Shown piece after piece: positions 10,798-20,746 of a DNA stretch of 64,000 nucleotides. A program made the translations under genes and the position numbers. Within the stretch, counting starts at the first letter, position 1; every line of letters starts with the position of its first letter. The notes under the pieces are model-generated. The model searched no databases and was not told where the DNA came from. It worked only from the letters and a program-made list of their open reading frames with translations. Source of the DNA: Nitrospirota bacterium (GTDB lineage Bacteria; Nitrospirota; UBA9217). The stretch is taken from positions 11,669-75,668 of the forward strand of contig DASPSR010000042.1 in the NCBI GenBank assembly GCA_035623825.1, given 5' to 3'.

Positions 10798-11586
10798 CTA
10801 CATCTCCAGATACGAATGGGCATACATTTTCTTTCCCATAATCATCTCAACGGTCTTGACAGTGTCCATCATATCCTTGTCAAGCGGGTCAATGATGGCA
10901 GCGGAAAGCCCTTCGTAAATGAGCATAGTAAGGAAGTTCCTGTTGATGATGGGACGAACATGCTTGGGCGCCCCGTTGGAGATATTCGAGAGACCTACGA
11001 CGGTCTGCATAGGCGGATCGTTCAGCTCTTGGAACATCTTGATTGCTCGAATTGCCTGCCGGCCCTGATCCTGCATGGTGCAAATCTGGAGAATAAGCGG
11101 GTCCAAGAACAGGTTCTCCATGGGCACACCGAACTCCATGGCACGAGCCATAATCTCGGAAGCGATGACGCAACGATCCTCGGCATCTGCCGGGATGCTG
11201 CCCTTGCCCAGGGTAAGCGCGATAATCTTGGCGTTGTACTTTCCGGCGAGCTCCATCATGGGATACCGCTCAGGCTCGTTGGAGGTAGAGTTAATGATCG
11301 GTGCACCCCAATCGTTGTTGTGAGCCTTAAGACCCGCTTCCATTGCTTTCAGGTTAGTCGTATCGAGGCAGAGTGGCTTCTGCACCACTTCATGCACGAC
11401 CTTTACCGCCCAATCCATGAGCTGCTGCCCGTTCTCTTCGGCTGGTCCGATGGAAACGTCGATATAGTGCGCACCTGCCTTTGCCTGCGCCACGGCGAGT
11501 TCCTGGAGCGGCTTGGGGTCAAGCTTCTGAAGCGCCTCACGCACCTTCTTTGCAATAACACTGATTTTTTCTCCGATTATAATCAT
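10798..11586 (-). CDS. acsE: Methyltetrahydrofolate:corrinoid/iron-sulfur protein methyltransferase (MeTr)
   Basis: 262 aa, identical in length to Moorella AcsE. Pterin-binding domain. Confidence 0.85.
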   Translation of the reverse strand: MIIIGEKISVIAKKVREALQKLDPKPLQELAVAQAKAGAHYIDVSIGPAEENGQQLMDWAVKVVHEVVQKPLCLDTTNLKAMEAGLKAHNNDWGAPIINSTSNEPERYPMMELAGKYNAKIIALTLGKGSIPADAEDRCVIASEIMARAMEFGVPMENLFLDPLILQICTMQDQGRQAIRAIKMFQELNDPPMQTVVGLSNISNGAPKHVRPIINRNFLTMLIYEGLSAAIIDPLDKDMMDTVKTVEMIMGKKMYAHSYLEM

Positions 11587-11703
11587 GCTCTATAACATCT
11601 CCTTTCGAATCTGACTCGATCAATGCATCATGCAGGACGCCGATTTGCGCGGATAAACGAAGATGTAAAATCGCTATTTTTGTTCATCGGCGTCCATCAG
11701 TTT

Positions 11704-12621
11704 TTATCCGCATCCAAAAGGTTTTTCTTGCTTATCGACTACCAGTTTCAACAGTTCCTCTGCCTTGTCCTGGCTGATGCTCCCCCGCTCCCTGGCCACG
11801 GAGACGGTCTGACGCGCCAAATCCTTATAAAGACTCAAAAGATCTGGCGCACGTCTCCGCATGGCTTCAACGTGATCGAGCACGGTCTGCGTGTCTCCTC
11901 GCATGATCGGGCCGGTGAGTGCATCCGGTATCCCGAGAGTCTCTATATTGTGAAGCGTCCCCCGGATGAGCGGAAGCACGGCCTTGAGCGCTTCTTTCTT
12001 GTCGGCGCCCAGCGCTTGGTAAAATTTAAGCCCGTAATCGACGAGCGCAACAAAGTAATTTGAGACCGCCACAGCGCCTGCGTGGTACAGTGCGGCAGAG
12101 TCTTTGTGAGAGCTCCACTTCGGCATCACAAGCTCGATGCCTCCCAGAGCCTTCACGATGTCCTTCGCCGCCTTGAGCACCTCGGGATCAGCTTCGATTC
12201 GAAAATAAGACCCCGGGAGCATTTTGGCGCCCTGCTCGCAGCTCGCCAGCGACTGAAGCGGATGAAGAACTGCTCGATAGGCCCCGGTTCTTCGCGCCGC
12301 GTTAAGGAGGTCAAGCTCGTGAGCGCCGGACATGTGTATAACCAGTGCGCCTGGCCTGAACCCCGCAGCTGCCGCGATCTTATCGCAGACTTCTTTTATA
12401 ATCCCGTCAGGAGTCGTGATGAAAACAAGCTCAGCACCGGCTGCAGCCATCACCGCATCTGTCGCAGGCTTCCCCTCGCCGATGAAGCCAGAGGCCCGCA
12501 CCGCAGAAGCCATGGTCCTTGCAACAACCGCAGTCACGGGATACCCTGCCCGCTTGAGCAGGTAGCCCACGGAACTGCCCACGCGACCTGCGCCTATGAT
12601 GGCCACGGTTTTTATGTTCAC
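11704..12621 (-). CDS. Rossmann-fold NAD(P)-binding protein, DUF2520 / F420-oxidoreductase-like family
   Basis: N-terminal GxGxxG (IIGAGRVGSSVG) and a pyrroline-5-carboxylate-reductase-like fold, sitting inside the acs cluster. Confidence 0.6.
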   Translation of the reverse strand: MNIKTVAIIGAGRVGSSVGYLLKRAGYPVTAVVARTMASAVRASGFIGEGKPATDAVMAAAGAELVFITTPDGIIKEVCDKIAAAAGFRPGALVIHMSGAHELDLLNAARRTGAYRAVLHPLQSLASCEQGAKMLPGSYFRIEADPEVLKAAKDIVKALGGIELVMPKWSSHKDSAALYHAGAVAVSNYFVALVDYGLKFYQALGADKKEALKAVLPLIRGTLHNIETLGIPDALTGPIMRGDTQTVLDHVEAMRRRAPDLLSLYKDLARQTVSVARERGSISQDKAEELLKLVVDKQEKPFGCG

Positions 12622-12628
12622 CTTGAAA

Positions 12629-12691
12629 TCTCCCTCACCCTGACCCTCTCCGCGAGGGGCGAGGGAGCAATCCCTCCCTGACGGGAGGGAT
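12629..12691. repeat. Two adjacent GC-rich hairpins between cooC and the DUF2520 gene
   Basis: CTCCCTC...GAGGGAG at 12630-12667, and a perfect 9-bp stem ATCCCTCCC-tgac-GGGAGGGAT at 12670-12691. Confidence 0.6.
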
Positions 12692-12714
12692 AAAGGGAGT
12701 GCAATGCTTTCGCT

Positions 12715-13485
12715 TTACGGGATCAATTTGTCCAGCATAGCAAAATAACGCATAAGCGCCTTTGACTCTGCCGGAAGCTGGATAAGCGGCTTACCGTTTA
12801 AGTCATACTCAAAGATCAGATGATCCGCGGGAACGAATCCCGCGAACTCCACGCCCTGTTGCTTAATCGCCTGCTGGAGGGCTTTGTCCTCGCCCGTCCC
12901 ATCCTGCACACGGTTCACGATTAGGACCGAGCGCTTGACGTTCAACCCCAGCTCTTTTACCAGCTCGCCGATGCGACCGGCGGTCATAATCCCGCGAACA
13001 GACGAATCGCTGATAATGAGGAGCAGGTCTGTGTCCTGGGTCGTGCGGCGCGAAAGGTGTTCGAGGCCGGCCTCGTTATCCATGACCGTATACGAGTACG
13101 AGTCCGCCAGCTTGTCCATATATTTTCGGATGATGTTGTTCGCTGCGCAGTAACAGCCCGCACCCTCAGGCCTGCCCATGACCAGCAGGTCGAAACCCTT
13201 TGCCTCAATGAGCGCCTGTTGAATCTGGTAGTCGAAGAGCTGCTCCATGCTCATACCGCCGGGCCGGGGCGCCGTAGACTTGACCGCTTCAAGAGAGGTC
13301 TCCCTCAGCGCGCCCACGGTAGCATGGACATTGACACCGAGGACGTCGTTCAGATTCGCGTTGGCGTCGGCATCGACAGCGAGCACCGCACGGTGCTTTT
13401 TTTCCGTCAAATATCGTATGGTAAGGCCGCAGAGGCTGGTCTTGCCCGTGCCGCCCTTGCCTGCTACTGCTATTGAAAAACCCAT
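12715..13485 (-). CDS. cooC: CODH nickel-insertion accessory ATPase (CooC/AcsF family)
   Basis: Deviant Walker A GKGGTGKTS and MinD/ParA-like fold. A CYC motif is present. Confidence 0.85.
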   Translation of the reverse strand: MGFSIAVAGKGGTGKTSLCGLTIRYLTEKKHRAVLAVDADANANLNDVLGVNVHATVGALRETSLEAVKSTAPRPGGMSMEQLFDYQIQQALIEAKGFDLLVMGRPEGAGCYCAANNIIRKYMDKLADSYSYTVMDNEAGLEHLSRRTTQDTDLLLIISDSSVRGIMTAGRIGELVKELGLNVKRSVLIVNRVQDGTGEDKALQQAIKQQGVEFAGFVPADHLIFEYDLNGKPLIQLPAESKALMRYFAMLDKLIP

Positions 13486-13553
13486 GTGACCTCAACTACA
13501 GGATTTGGGGGACGAGGTCAAGGATACGGCCTATCCTGATTCTGACCCCCCTC

Positions 13554-14291
13554 CTAACTCACCGCTTTCTTTACTCTGTACTTCTTTCTGACTTCTTCTA
13601 TTTTGCCGCACGTCATCTTGCCTTCGGGACAAGCGGCATATAGACAGCCAGGACCTGACTTGGCGAAGATTGTAGGAGCCACGCCCTTTACGAGGGCGAG
13701 CATGCGCTCGGCCATTTCCCGGATCTCCCACTGCGCCCGGTTACAGCATCGCACGCGGAAAAAGTGCAGAAGCTCACGTGCGTTCATGGTGACGACTATT
13801 TTCGTCTCCGCCGCGTTCGGCAGCAGATACCTCGCATCCTGTTGCCCCGACTCACCCTTAAACCCGAGCTCGTCGAGGCGCCTTAGAACCCTGGTGTAAT
13901 TCTCCTGAGCCTCGGCCATGCATTTCTCGAACTCTTTCGCAAGCGCCGGATCCTGCTTGATGCTCGGCGGAATTACATAATCGAACTGCTCTTCCTTCAC
14001 ATACCGCTGGCTCTGCTGCGAGTACGAGGCCACGCGGTGTCGGACGAGCTGATGAGAACAGGCCCGGGAGATTCCCTCGATACCGAAGGAGAAGGAAACA
14101 TGCTCAATGGGAGAAAGGTGCCCGATGGACGCCAATTTCTCCACGAAGGCTGCTTGATCCTTGGCCTCGATCTTCTCTTTGAGTTCCTCTACACCAGACG
14201 GGCTGTAGCAAAGCTTCGCAGCCATTGCCACAACCTCTTCGGGTTCCGGAGTATACCGAAGGAGAACAACATTCAAAGCTGTTTCAGGCAT
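13554..14291 (-). CDS. thyX: FAD-dependent thymidylate synthase ThyX
   Basis: ThyX motif RHRVASYSQQSQRY. ATG at 14289-14291 with a GGGGAGACG Shine-Dalgarno. The tracked 14-codon upstream extension was rejected. Confidence 0.85.
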   Translation of the reverse strand: MPETALNVVLLRYTPEPEEVVAMAAKLCYSPSGVEELKEKIEAKDQAAFVEKLASIGHLSPIEHVSFSFGIEGISRACSHQLVRHRVASYSQQSQRYVKEEQFDYVIPPSIKQDPALAKEFEKCMAEAQENYTRVLRRLDELGFKGESGQQDARYLLPNAAETKIVVTMNARELLHFFRVRCCNRAQWEIREMAERMLALVKGVAPTIFAKSGPGCLYAACPEGKMTCGKIEEVRKKYRVKKAVS

Positions 14292-14506
14292 GCTGTCGTC
14301 TCCCCTCGGAATGCCCCCGGCTGCATGGCGCAAGAATGAGATAAAGAGGGAAAATACGAATGCCGGGGAAGAATATTATATCCAGCGCGTATCCCATGAG
14401 TCAAGGAAAAATCAGAACGGTACTGTGAATTTTTTTAATTAACATATAAATTTCATTGATGAAATCGACCTGCTCCGCAAGATGCGGCCGGCCGTTTGCT
14501 GTCTGA

Positions 14507-15307
14507 TTATTTAAAACTATGCTCCTCCGCTGGGAATTTGCCGTCTTCCACATCCTGTCTGTATTCTTTGACCGCTTTGAGCGCCTGGTCCTTGAGGTTC
14601 ACATACTTCTTTACGAATTTCGGGGTGAATCGGTCAAAAAGCCCCAAAAGGTCATGAATGACGAGGACCTGTCCATCGCAATCCGGACCAGCGCCAATTC
14701 CAATGGTTGGGATGCGGAGGATGTCATGAATCTCCTTTGCAAGTGAAGCAGGCATAGCCTCGAGCACAACTGCGAAGGCTCCCGCGTCTTGAACTGCGCT
14801 CGCATCAGCCAGGATCTTCTCCCGGGCCTCCTCGTCCTTGCCCTGGACCTTGAATCCGCCGAGGGCATGCACATACTGGGGGGTGAGCCCGATGTGTGCC
14901 AAGACCGGAATACCGGCGTTCACGATCGCGCGAATGACATCGGCCATCTGTGTGCCGCCTTCCAACTTCACAGCTTCGGCACCTGCCTCCTTTAAAAACC
15001 GGCCAGCGTTTAACACAGCATCGGAAACGCTGGTCTGGTAAGAGAGGAACGGCATATCGCCCACAACCATTGCGGATTGCGTCGCTCGAGAAACGAGTTT
15101 AGTGTGGTAGAGCATCTCGTCCATCGTAACCGGGAGCGTGCTCGCTACACCTTGAACCACCATGCCGAGGGAATCCCCAACGAGAATTATATCGATCCCA
15201 GCCTGGTCCACGATCTGAGCAGTGGGGAAGTCGTAGGCCGTGAGTACGGTGATTTTCTTGCTTTCGGCTTTTTTCTTATATATATCGAGGATGGTTATCT
15301 TCCGCAT
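14507..15307 (-). CDS. panB: 3-methyl-2-oxobutanoate hydroxymethyltransferase (ketopantoate hydroxymethyltransferase)
   Basis: 266 aa with PanB family sequence across the whole length (VGDSLGMV, GGxxVQG...). Confidence 0.85.
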   Translation of the reverse strand: MRKITILDIYKKKAESKKITVLTAYDFPTAQIVDQAGIDIILVGDSLGMVVQGVASTLPVTMDEMLYHTKLVSRATQSAMVVGDMPFLSYQTSVSDAVLNAGRFLKEAGAEAVKLEGGTQMADVIRAIVNAGIPVLAHIGLTPQYVHALGGFKVQGKDEEAREKILADASAVQDAGAFAVVLEAMPASLAKEIHDILRIPTIGIGAGPDCDGQVLVIHDLLGLFDRFTPKFVKKYVNLKDQALKAVKEYRQDVEDGKFPAEEHSFK

Positions 15308-15517
15308 ATTTCCCCCTAGTGGGGCAAGCTTAAATTTTCAGATCCAGGCGTAAACCTGGCTTAAAAAATAATGTCTAATATGCAGTGTCATGGTCTCTTT
15401 TGGCACTCCATCATCCATTTGGATTTTGAGATTTGATATTTGTAATTATCTCAGGCAGCTATTCTAATACTTCGCGATTTAGTTTTTTCCCAAATCCCCG
15501 ACCCGTGACTTCGCAAT

Positions 15518-16489
15518 TCACACCTGTGGCCTCGGATAAAGTCCGGCTGCCTTCACAATCCCTTCGATGGCGCTCTCCCACTCGATGGCCTGGATGTGCA
15601 CGCCCTTCACGCCGGGCGTCTCCAGGGCTTGATGAATGAGTTCTACCGTGATCTTGAGTCCTTCCTGCTCCTGCAGTTCCTTGGCCTTCTTCTTGTCCTC
15701 GCCCGCGGCTGCCTTGGCCTTGTTCATCCGGTCGATCATGGACTTCGGAACTGAAACGCCCGCAACGGAGGAATCCATGTATTTTAGCATCATGGCGCTC
15801 TTGGGCACGATGATGCCAGCGAGGATTGCTGTCCTCTCGTGGAGGCCCATATTCCGGATCTTGGCCATCTGCTCGCGAAAAAGCGACATATCGTAAATGC
15901 CCTGGGTCTGAATAAAGTCTGCGCCTGCGTTCACTTTTTTGAGAAGATTGATCGGCCGGAAGTCAATGGGATCTCCCATGGGCGTCCAGGAAGCGCCGAT
16001 AAAGAATTTCGGCGCGACTTCCAAGGGATCACCGCCTTCCTGCGTGCTCTCATCGCGCATCTTCTTCAGGATGCCGACGAGCTGGCAGGTGTCGACATCG
16101 TAGACGTTCTTTGCCCCGGGATGCCCCTTGAGTTTTCCCGCTGCGCTGAACTTCTGATGGTCGCCGGCCAGGCAGAGACAGTTCTTGAGGCCCAGAGCTG
16201 AAGCGCCCAGGAGGTCGGCCTGCATCGCGATCCTGTTCCGGTCGCGACAGGTCATCTGCATCACCGGCTCGAGTCCGTTCTGGAACGCGATGGCTGCGGC
16301 TGCGATGCTCGATATTCGCACAACCGCGGTCTGGCAGTCGGTGATATTCGCCGCATCGCAGAATCCCCTGAGCATCTGAGCTTTCCTGACGACCTCATGG
16401 CCGTCGGCGCTCATGGGCGGTCCGAGTTCAGCGGTAACCGCGGGCTTGCCGCTTGAAATGACTTTTTCCAGATTGCTTCCGCTCTTCAT
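15518..16489 (-). CDS. metF: 5,10-methylenetetrahydrofolate reductase, acetogen/SRB type
   Basis: 323 aa MTHFR TIM-barrel, lying next to the MetV-type gene. Confidence 0.8.
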   Translation of the reverse strand: MKSGSNLEKVISSGKPAVTAELGPPMSADGHEVVRKAQMLRGFCDAANITDCQTAVVRISSIAAAAIAFQNGLEPVMQMTCRDRNRIAMQADLLGASALGLKNCLCLAGDHQKFSAAGKLKGHPGAKNVYDVDTCQLVGILKKMRDESTQEGGDPLEVAPKFFIGASWTPMGDPIDFRPINLLKKVNAGADFIQTQGIYDMSLFREQMAKIRNMGLHERTAILAGIIVPKSAMMLKYMDSSVAGVSVPKSMIDRMNKAKAAAGEDKKKAKELQEQEGLKITVELIHQALETPGVKGVHIQAIEWESAIEGIVKAAGLYPRPQV

Positions 16490-16603
16490 TAATCCAAACC
16501 TCCAAAAGGATTGTCCACGTTATTTTTTTTTATGGGATTACGGGATAAAATCGGATTGACAAAAATCCTCTCAATCCCGGCGTTCCGTAAAAAGATTTTT
16601 ATC

Positions 16604-17311
16604 TCACTTCCCGGTCTTCGCCGCTTCTTTCTCCTCGTACTCCTGGATGTGCTCAAGCGATACCCTGCGCGGCCCCCCGTCGCGCGAGGTGGCCCAATTC
16701 CGTGGCGGCAGGACCTTGGTCAACTTGTCGAGCTGGCCAAGCTTGGTCATGCGCTCCACGATGAGGTACCAAGCGCAGTCGATCTCGCCCGACACCTCGC
16801 ACTTGCCCTTGTTCGTGCCTCCACAGGGGCCGTTCATCAGCGTCTTGGCGCACCGCGCAATGGGGCAGATACCGCCGGTTAGGTGCAGGATGCAGTCCCC
16901 GCATCCGGCGCAAAGCTCCTTGAACTTGCCCGGTGCCTCAACGGCTCCGTAGAAGGAAGTGTTGATGCCCGGGACCACGGGCACCGTACCGGTCCTGTCG
17001 GAAAGGAAGTTCACGCCCACTCCGCAGGCCGTGGAGACCACAATATCGTACTTCTTTACGTCTTCGATTACAGGATCGAAGTACTCGGGCTCGCAGTGAC
17101 GCATCACGCCCATATGGTCTATCTCCATAGTTTTCCCCTCCTGGGAAGCCTTCATCCGGAGGAGGGATGCAATGGTCTCGGCCTCCTTCTCACCTCCGGC
17201 ATGGCAGATTGCCACGCATGTGTTGCAGCCGAACACCAGCACCTTCTTCTTGTCCTTCACCATGTTCCAGATCTCATCGATTGGCTTCTGCGATCCGACG
17301 ATCATGATCAA
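16604..17311 (-). CDS. metV: MetV-type zinc-finger protein (MTHFR C-terminal-domain-like), partner of MetF
   Basis: Cys-rich motifs CNTCVAICHAGG, CAGCGDC and CAKTLMNGPCGG, typical of MetV. Confidence 0.75.
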   Translation of the reverse strand: MIMIVGSQKPIDEIWNMVKDKKKVLVFGCNTCVAICHAGGEKEAETIASLLRMKASQEGKTMEIDHMGVMRHCEPEYFDPVIEDVKKYDIVVSTACGVGVNFLSDRTGTVPVVPGINTSFYGAVEAPGKFKELCAGCGDCILHLTGGICPIARCAKTLMNGPCGGTNKGKCEVSGEIDCAWYLIVERMTKLGQLDKLTKVLPPRNWATSRDGGPRRVSLEHIQEYEEKEAAKTGK

Positions 17312-17350
17312 TGCTCCTTTTCATTTGTACTCGCTGCGGGGACAGGACCG

Positions 17351-19453
17351 CTATCTTGTCCTGATCCCCAGCACCTTCACCGCTTCTGAGAATTCCGTGC
17401 AGACGTGTGTGTACGGATGCCCTCCATCGCCCGAGGGCACTGCTGTCAGGACTGCGATGCGCTCCGGTTCCATCCCGAGCGCCTTGATCAGATCCTGACC
17501 GCGCTTAACCCTGGCGTTCACCCGGGGCTCGACCTTGATGTACTTGCAGGAATCAATGCCGCAGCGAACGACAGCTACGGCGTCCGCTCCGTGCTCAAAG
17601 GCCTTCAGCATGTCCAGAACATCCACTCGGCTGGTGCAGTGAACCGGGAAGGGCCGGTAATTGGCCGGCAGGTCCGCACCATGCACGCCAAGACGGTTCG
17701 TGCAGACGAAAGCGACGATGAGCGGCTCGGTACGCGACCCATCAACACAGCCCACGGTCGTTGCCATGGACCCACGAATCTCCTTCACGTCATAGGTAAC
17801 CATGCTAATAGCCTGGGCAGGGCACTCCGGCGCGCAGAGACCGCAGGCCTGACAGTAGTCAGGCCGGATCTCGGACCATGCCTTGACCACCGGCGCGCCA
17901 TAGGGGCAGACACGGAGGCAGGTGAGGCAGGCCATGCACTTGTTCGGGTCCACCACAGCACCGCCGCCGCACCCGCGGCACCGCGCTGCCTCGGCCAGCG
18001 CTTCCCGCTCGGTGTAGGCGATTTCGAAATGGTCCATGGTTTTGACGCGTTCAGCTGGCGCCACGTGCCGGATCTTCTCGCGCGGGATCTTGCAGATCTT
18101 CGCCAGAACCTCCTGCGGCATCTGGTTGAGGCTGTCCTTCTCCTGCTGCGGCAGCTTGCCCTCGATGGTTTCGCCCTGCAAGAAGAGGTGCATAGCAAGC
18201 GCCGCGCGGTGGCCGTTCTCCACGGCGGCAATCGCAGAGCCGGGCCCAGTCACGACCTCGCCGGCAACAAAGACGTTCTCGGCGCTGCTCCTTTGCGTCT
18301 TCGGGTCCCACTCCACCCGGCCGCGCTCATCAGCTTTCACCCTACTATCCTTGAGTGGCGACAGGTTCGCCATCTGGCCAATGGTGATGATTATCGTGTC
18401 AGCCTCGAACAGGGTTATCTGGTTCTCATCGAATGTCGGGCTAAAGCGCTTGTTGGAGTCGAACACCGACAGGACCCTTTTCGCCTCCAGGCCCAGCACT
18501 TTGTCTCCGTCGCGCTTGACCGCCTTGGGTCCCCAGCGGAAGTTGATCTTAATCGCCTCTTCCACGGCCTCGTCCACTTCCCATTTCCACGCCGGAATCT
18601 CCTGCTCGTTCTCGAGGCAGACCATCTCCACATTCTCCACACCGAGCCGCCGGGCTGTGCGGGCCACGTCCATGGCGACGTTACCTCCGCCGATGACGAG
18701 CACCTTCTTGCCGAGATTCGGTTTCCTATTAAAGGCAACATCCTCGAGAAAAGGGATCGCGAGCAGCACGCCTGGACCATTCACGCCCGGGATCGGGATC
18801 GAGCGGCTGAGTGACAGGCCAATGGCCAGCAGCACGGCATCATGCATCCTGGCCAGGTCGTCGAGCTTGGCGTCCTTTCCGACCTCGAAGTTCGTCTTGA
18901 CGTCGATGCCGCGGCTGACCACATCATCGATATCTTCCTTGAGAATTTCGCGGGGAAGCCGGTATGGCGGAATGGCGCTGGCTAACATGCCGCCGAGCAC
19001 GGGGTGTCGCTCGTAGATCGTTACCGTATAGCCCAGATCTGCCAAGTCCCGGGCTGCGGTCAAGCCCGACGGGCCGGAACCGATGACACCTACGCTCTTG
19101 CCCTTGTTCTTCTCGACGAGCTTGCGCTTGTTCCGGCGGTATTCCTTCGCCTGCTCGATGGCGAACCGTTTCAGGTGGCGCACCGCAACGGCCTCGTCGA
19201 TGCCACAGCGGCGGCAGGACTGTTCGCAGGGATGGTGGCAAATCATGGAACAGACCGACGCGATGGGGTTAGGCGCCGTAATCACCTCGAAGGCCTCGGT
19301 GTAACGGCCTTGAGCGATGAGGCCCACATAGGCTTGCACGTCGGTATGTGCCGGGCAGGCGGCCCGGCAGGGGGAGTAGGGCCTCGTTTCCTTGATTTCT
19401 GCGCCGTAAGGCCGATACGGCTCCAACAGTGTGCAGCTGTCTTGCTTCGCCAT
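17351..19453 (-). CDS. FAD/NAD(P)-binding iron-sulfur oxidoreductase: GltD/NfnB-like N-terminal region fused to 4Fe-4S ferredoxin and MvhD-like C-terminal domains. Putative electron carrier for MetFV.
   Basis: Two dinucleotide-binding motifs (VGVIGSGPSGLTAARDLADLG and VLVIGGGNVAMDVARTA), ferredoxin motifs CMACLTCLRVCP and CQACGLCAPECP, and a Cys-containing C-terminal MvhD-like region. Confidence 0.6.
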   Translation of the reverse strand: MAKQDSCTLLEPYRPYGAEIKETRPYSPCRAACPAHTDVQAYVGLIAQGRYTEAFEVITAPNPIASVCSMICHHPCEQSCRRCGIDEAVAVRHLKRFAIEQAKEYRRNKRKLVEKNKGKSVGVIGSGPSGLTAARDLADLGYTVTIYERHPVLGGMLASAIPPYRLPREILKEDIDDVVSRGIDVKTNFEVGKDAKLDDLARMHDAVLLAIGLSLSRSIPIPGVNGPGVLLAIPFLEDVAFNRKPNLGKKVLVIGGGNVAMDVARTARRLGVENVEMVCLENEQEIPAWKWEVDEAVEEAIKINFRWGPKAVKRDGDKVLGLEAKRVLSVFDSNKRFSPTFDENQITLFEADTIIITIGQMANLSPLKDSRVKADERGRVEWDPKTQRSSAENVFVAGEVVTGPGSAIAAVENGHRAALAMHLFLQGETIEGKLPQQEKDSLNQMPQEVLAKICKIPREKIRHVAPAERVKTMDHFEIAYTEREALAEAARCRGCGGGAVVDPNKCMACLTCLRVCPYGAPVVKAWSEIRPDYCQACGLCAPECPAQAISMVTYDVKEIRGSMATTVGCVDGSRTEPLIVAFVCTNRLGVHGADLPANYRPFPVHCTSRVDVLDMLKAFEHGADAVAVVRCGIDSCKYIKVEPRVNARVKRGQDLIKALGMEPERIAVLTAVPSGDGGHPYTHVCTEFSEAVKVLGIRTR

Positions 19454-19579
19454 AAATTACTCCATAACGGGAAATGAATCTTTCGCAGAGGCGCAAGAGG
19501 CTTAGTGTAAAGAGGCATTGAAACTCTTTGGAACTTTCTTCCTCTGCGTTCTCTGCGTCACCAAGAGAAACGTGTACAT

Positions 19580-20143
19580 TTACTCTTTCTTCGTAAGCAG
19601 CTCCAGCATTTCCATGCGAGTGGACTCTTTCGTGCGGAAACTGCCGCGCACCGCGGACGTGACCACCCGGGATCCGGGTTTTTTCACGCCACGCATGCTC
19701 ATGCACAAATGCTCTGCGTCGATGACCACCATCGCCCCCTTTGGCTTGAGACGCTCAACGATCAGGTCAATGAACTGGGACGTAAGACGTTCTTGCACTT
19801 GAGGCCGCTTAGCAAACGCCTCCAGGGCCTTGGCGAGTGCGCTGATGCCCACAATCTTCCCTGCGCCCGGGATATAGGCGATGTGCGCTTTGCCAAAGAA
19901 CGGCAGCAGGTGGTGCTCGCACACGGAGTAGAACGGGATGTCCCGGATCATCACCATTTCATCGTGGCTTTCGCCCGCCATGGGGGTGAGCAGTTTCTCG
20001 GTCTCCATGGAGATCCCGGAGAAAATCTCCTCGTACATCTCGGCTACACGCTGTGGCGTGCTCTTGAGCCCCGGCCTGTCAGGGTCCTCGCCAATTCCCT
20101 CAATGAGCAGCCGGACGCCCTTTTCGATTTTTTTTATATCCAT
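19580..20143 (-). CDS. folE: GTP cyclohydrolase I
   Basis: 187 aa with the FolE core ...[18 protein letters not shown]... Confidence 0.85.
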   Translation of the reverse strand: MDIKKIEKGVRLLIEGIGEDPDRPGLKSTPQRVAEMYEEIFSGISMETEKLLTPMAGESHDEMVMIRDIPFYSVCEHHLLPFFGKAHIAYIPGAGKIVGISALAKALEAFAKRPQVQERLTSQFIDLIVERLKPKGAMVVIDAEHLCMSMRGVKKPGSRVVTSAVRGSFRTKESTRMEMLELLTKKE

Positions 20144-20188
20144 GATAAAATAAAATAACCAATGACCAAACTTGTGATTTGGTGCTCG

Positions 20189-20746
20189 TTACTTGGCATT
20201 CGTTTCTATTACCCTTTTTTCCGTCACTATCTTTTCCATCGGTACATCATGAGGATCAGCGTGAATCCGCGGCACGATTTGATTTTCGAAGGCCAGGGCC
20301 ACAATCGCCTTTGTGAATGCATGCAAAAGCCTATCGTAAAACCCCGCTCCATAACCAAGCCGGTTCCCTCGGCCATCAAAGGCTACCCCGGGAACTACAA
20401 TAAGATCTATTTCTGCCAAATCAATCGGGTTAGACGCAACGGGTTCCGGAATACCCCAAGCACCGGGAGAAACGTCTTTTTGAAAATCTCTGATCTCAAA
20501 GAGTGCCAGATCTTTCCCTTTTACTTTTGGAAGGATTACCCTCTTGCCGGAGGTCAGTGCATGCCTGATCATCGGACCGGTGTCGACCTCGCTTCGGAAT
20601 GAAGCAAAGAACATCGCGACTCGTGCTGACTTGAACTCAGGAAGAGCAAAAAGCCGCTCTCCGATCTCCCGGCTTTTTGCTGCTCGCTGTTCCGGCGGCA
20701 TGCCGTCTCGTGCCGCCAATACCTGTTTTCTGATTTTTGTTTTCAA
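20189..20746 (-). CDS. 5-formyltetrahydrofolate cyclo-ligase (MTHFS) family protein
   Basis: 185 aa with MTHFS family features (GxGxGYYDR-like GYGAGFYDRLL). Confidence 0.8.
   Translation of the reverse strand: MKTKIRKQVLAARDGMPPEQRAAKSREIGERLFALPEFKSARVAMFFASFRSEVDTGPMIRHALTSGKRVILPKVKGKDLALFEIRDFQKDVSPGAWGIPEPVASNPIDLAEIDLIVVPGVAFDGRGNRLGYGAGFYDRLLHAFTKAIVALAFENQIVPRIHADPHDVPMEKIVTEKRVIETNAK

Noticed and set aside
14292-14333. 14-codon extension of thyX
   Set aside because: An internal ATG with a strong Shine-Dalgarno at 14291 matches the conserved ThyX N-terminus.
15330-15365. Hairpin CCAGGCGTAAACCTGG next to an A-run in the panB-metF spacer
   Set aside because: On the minus transcript the U-run precedes the hairpin. 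It is not a canonical terminator in either direction.
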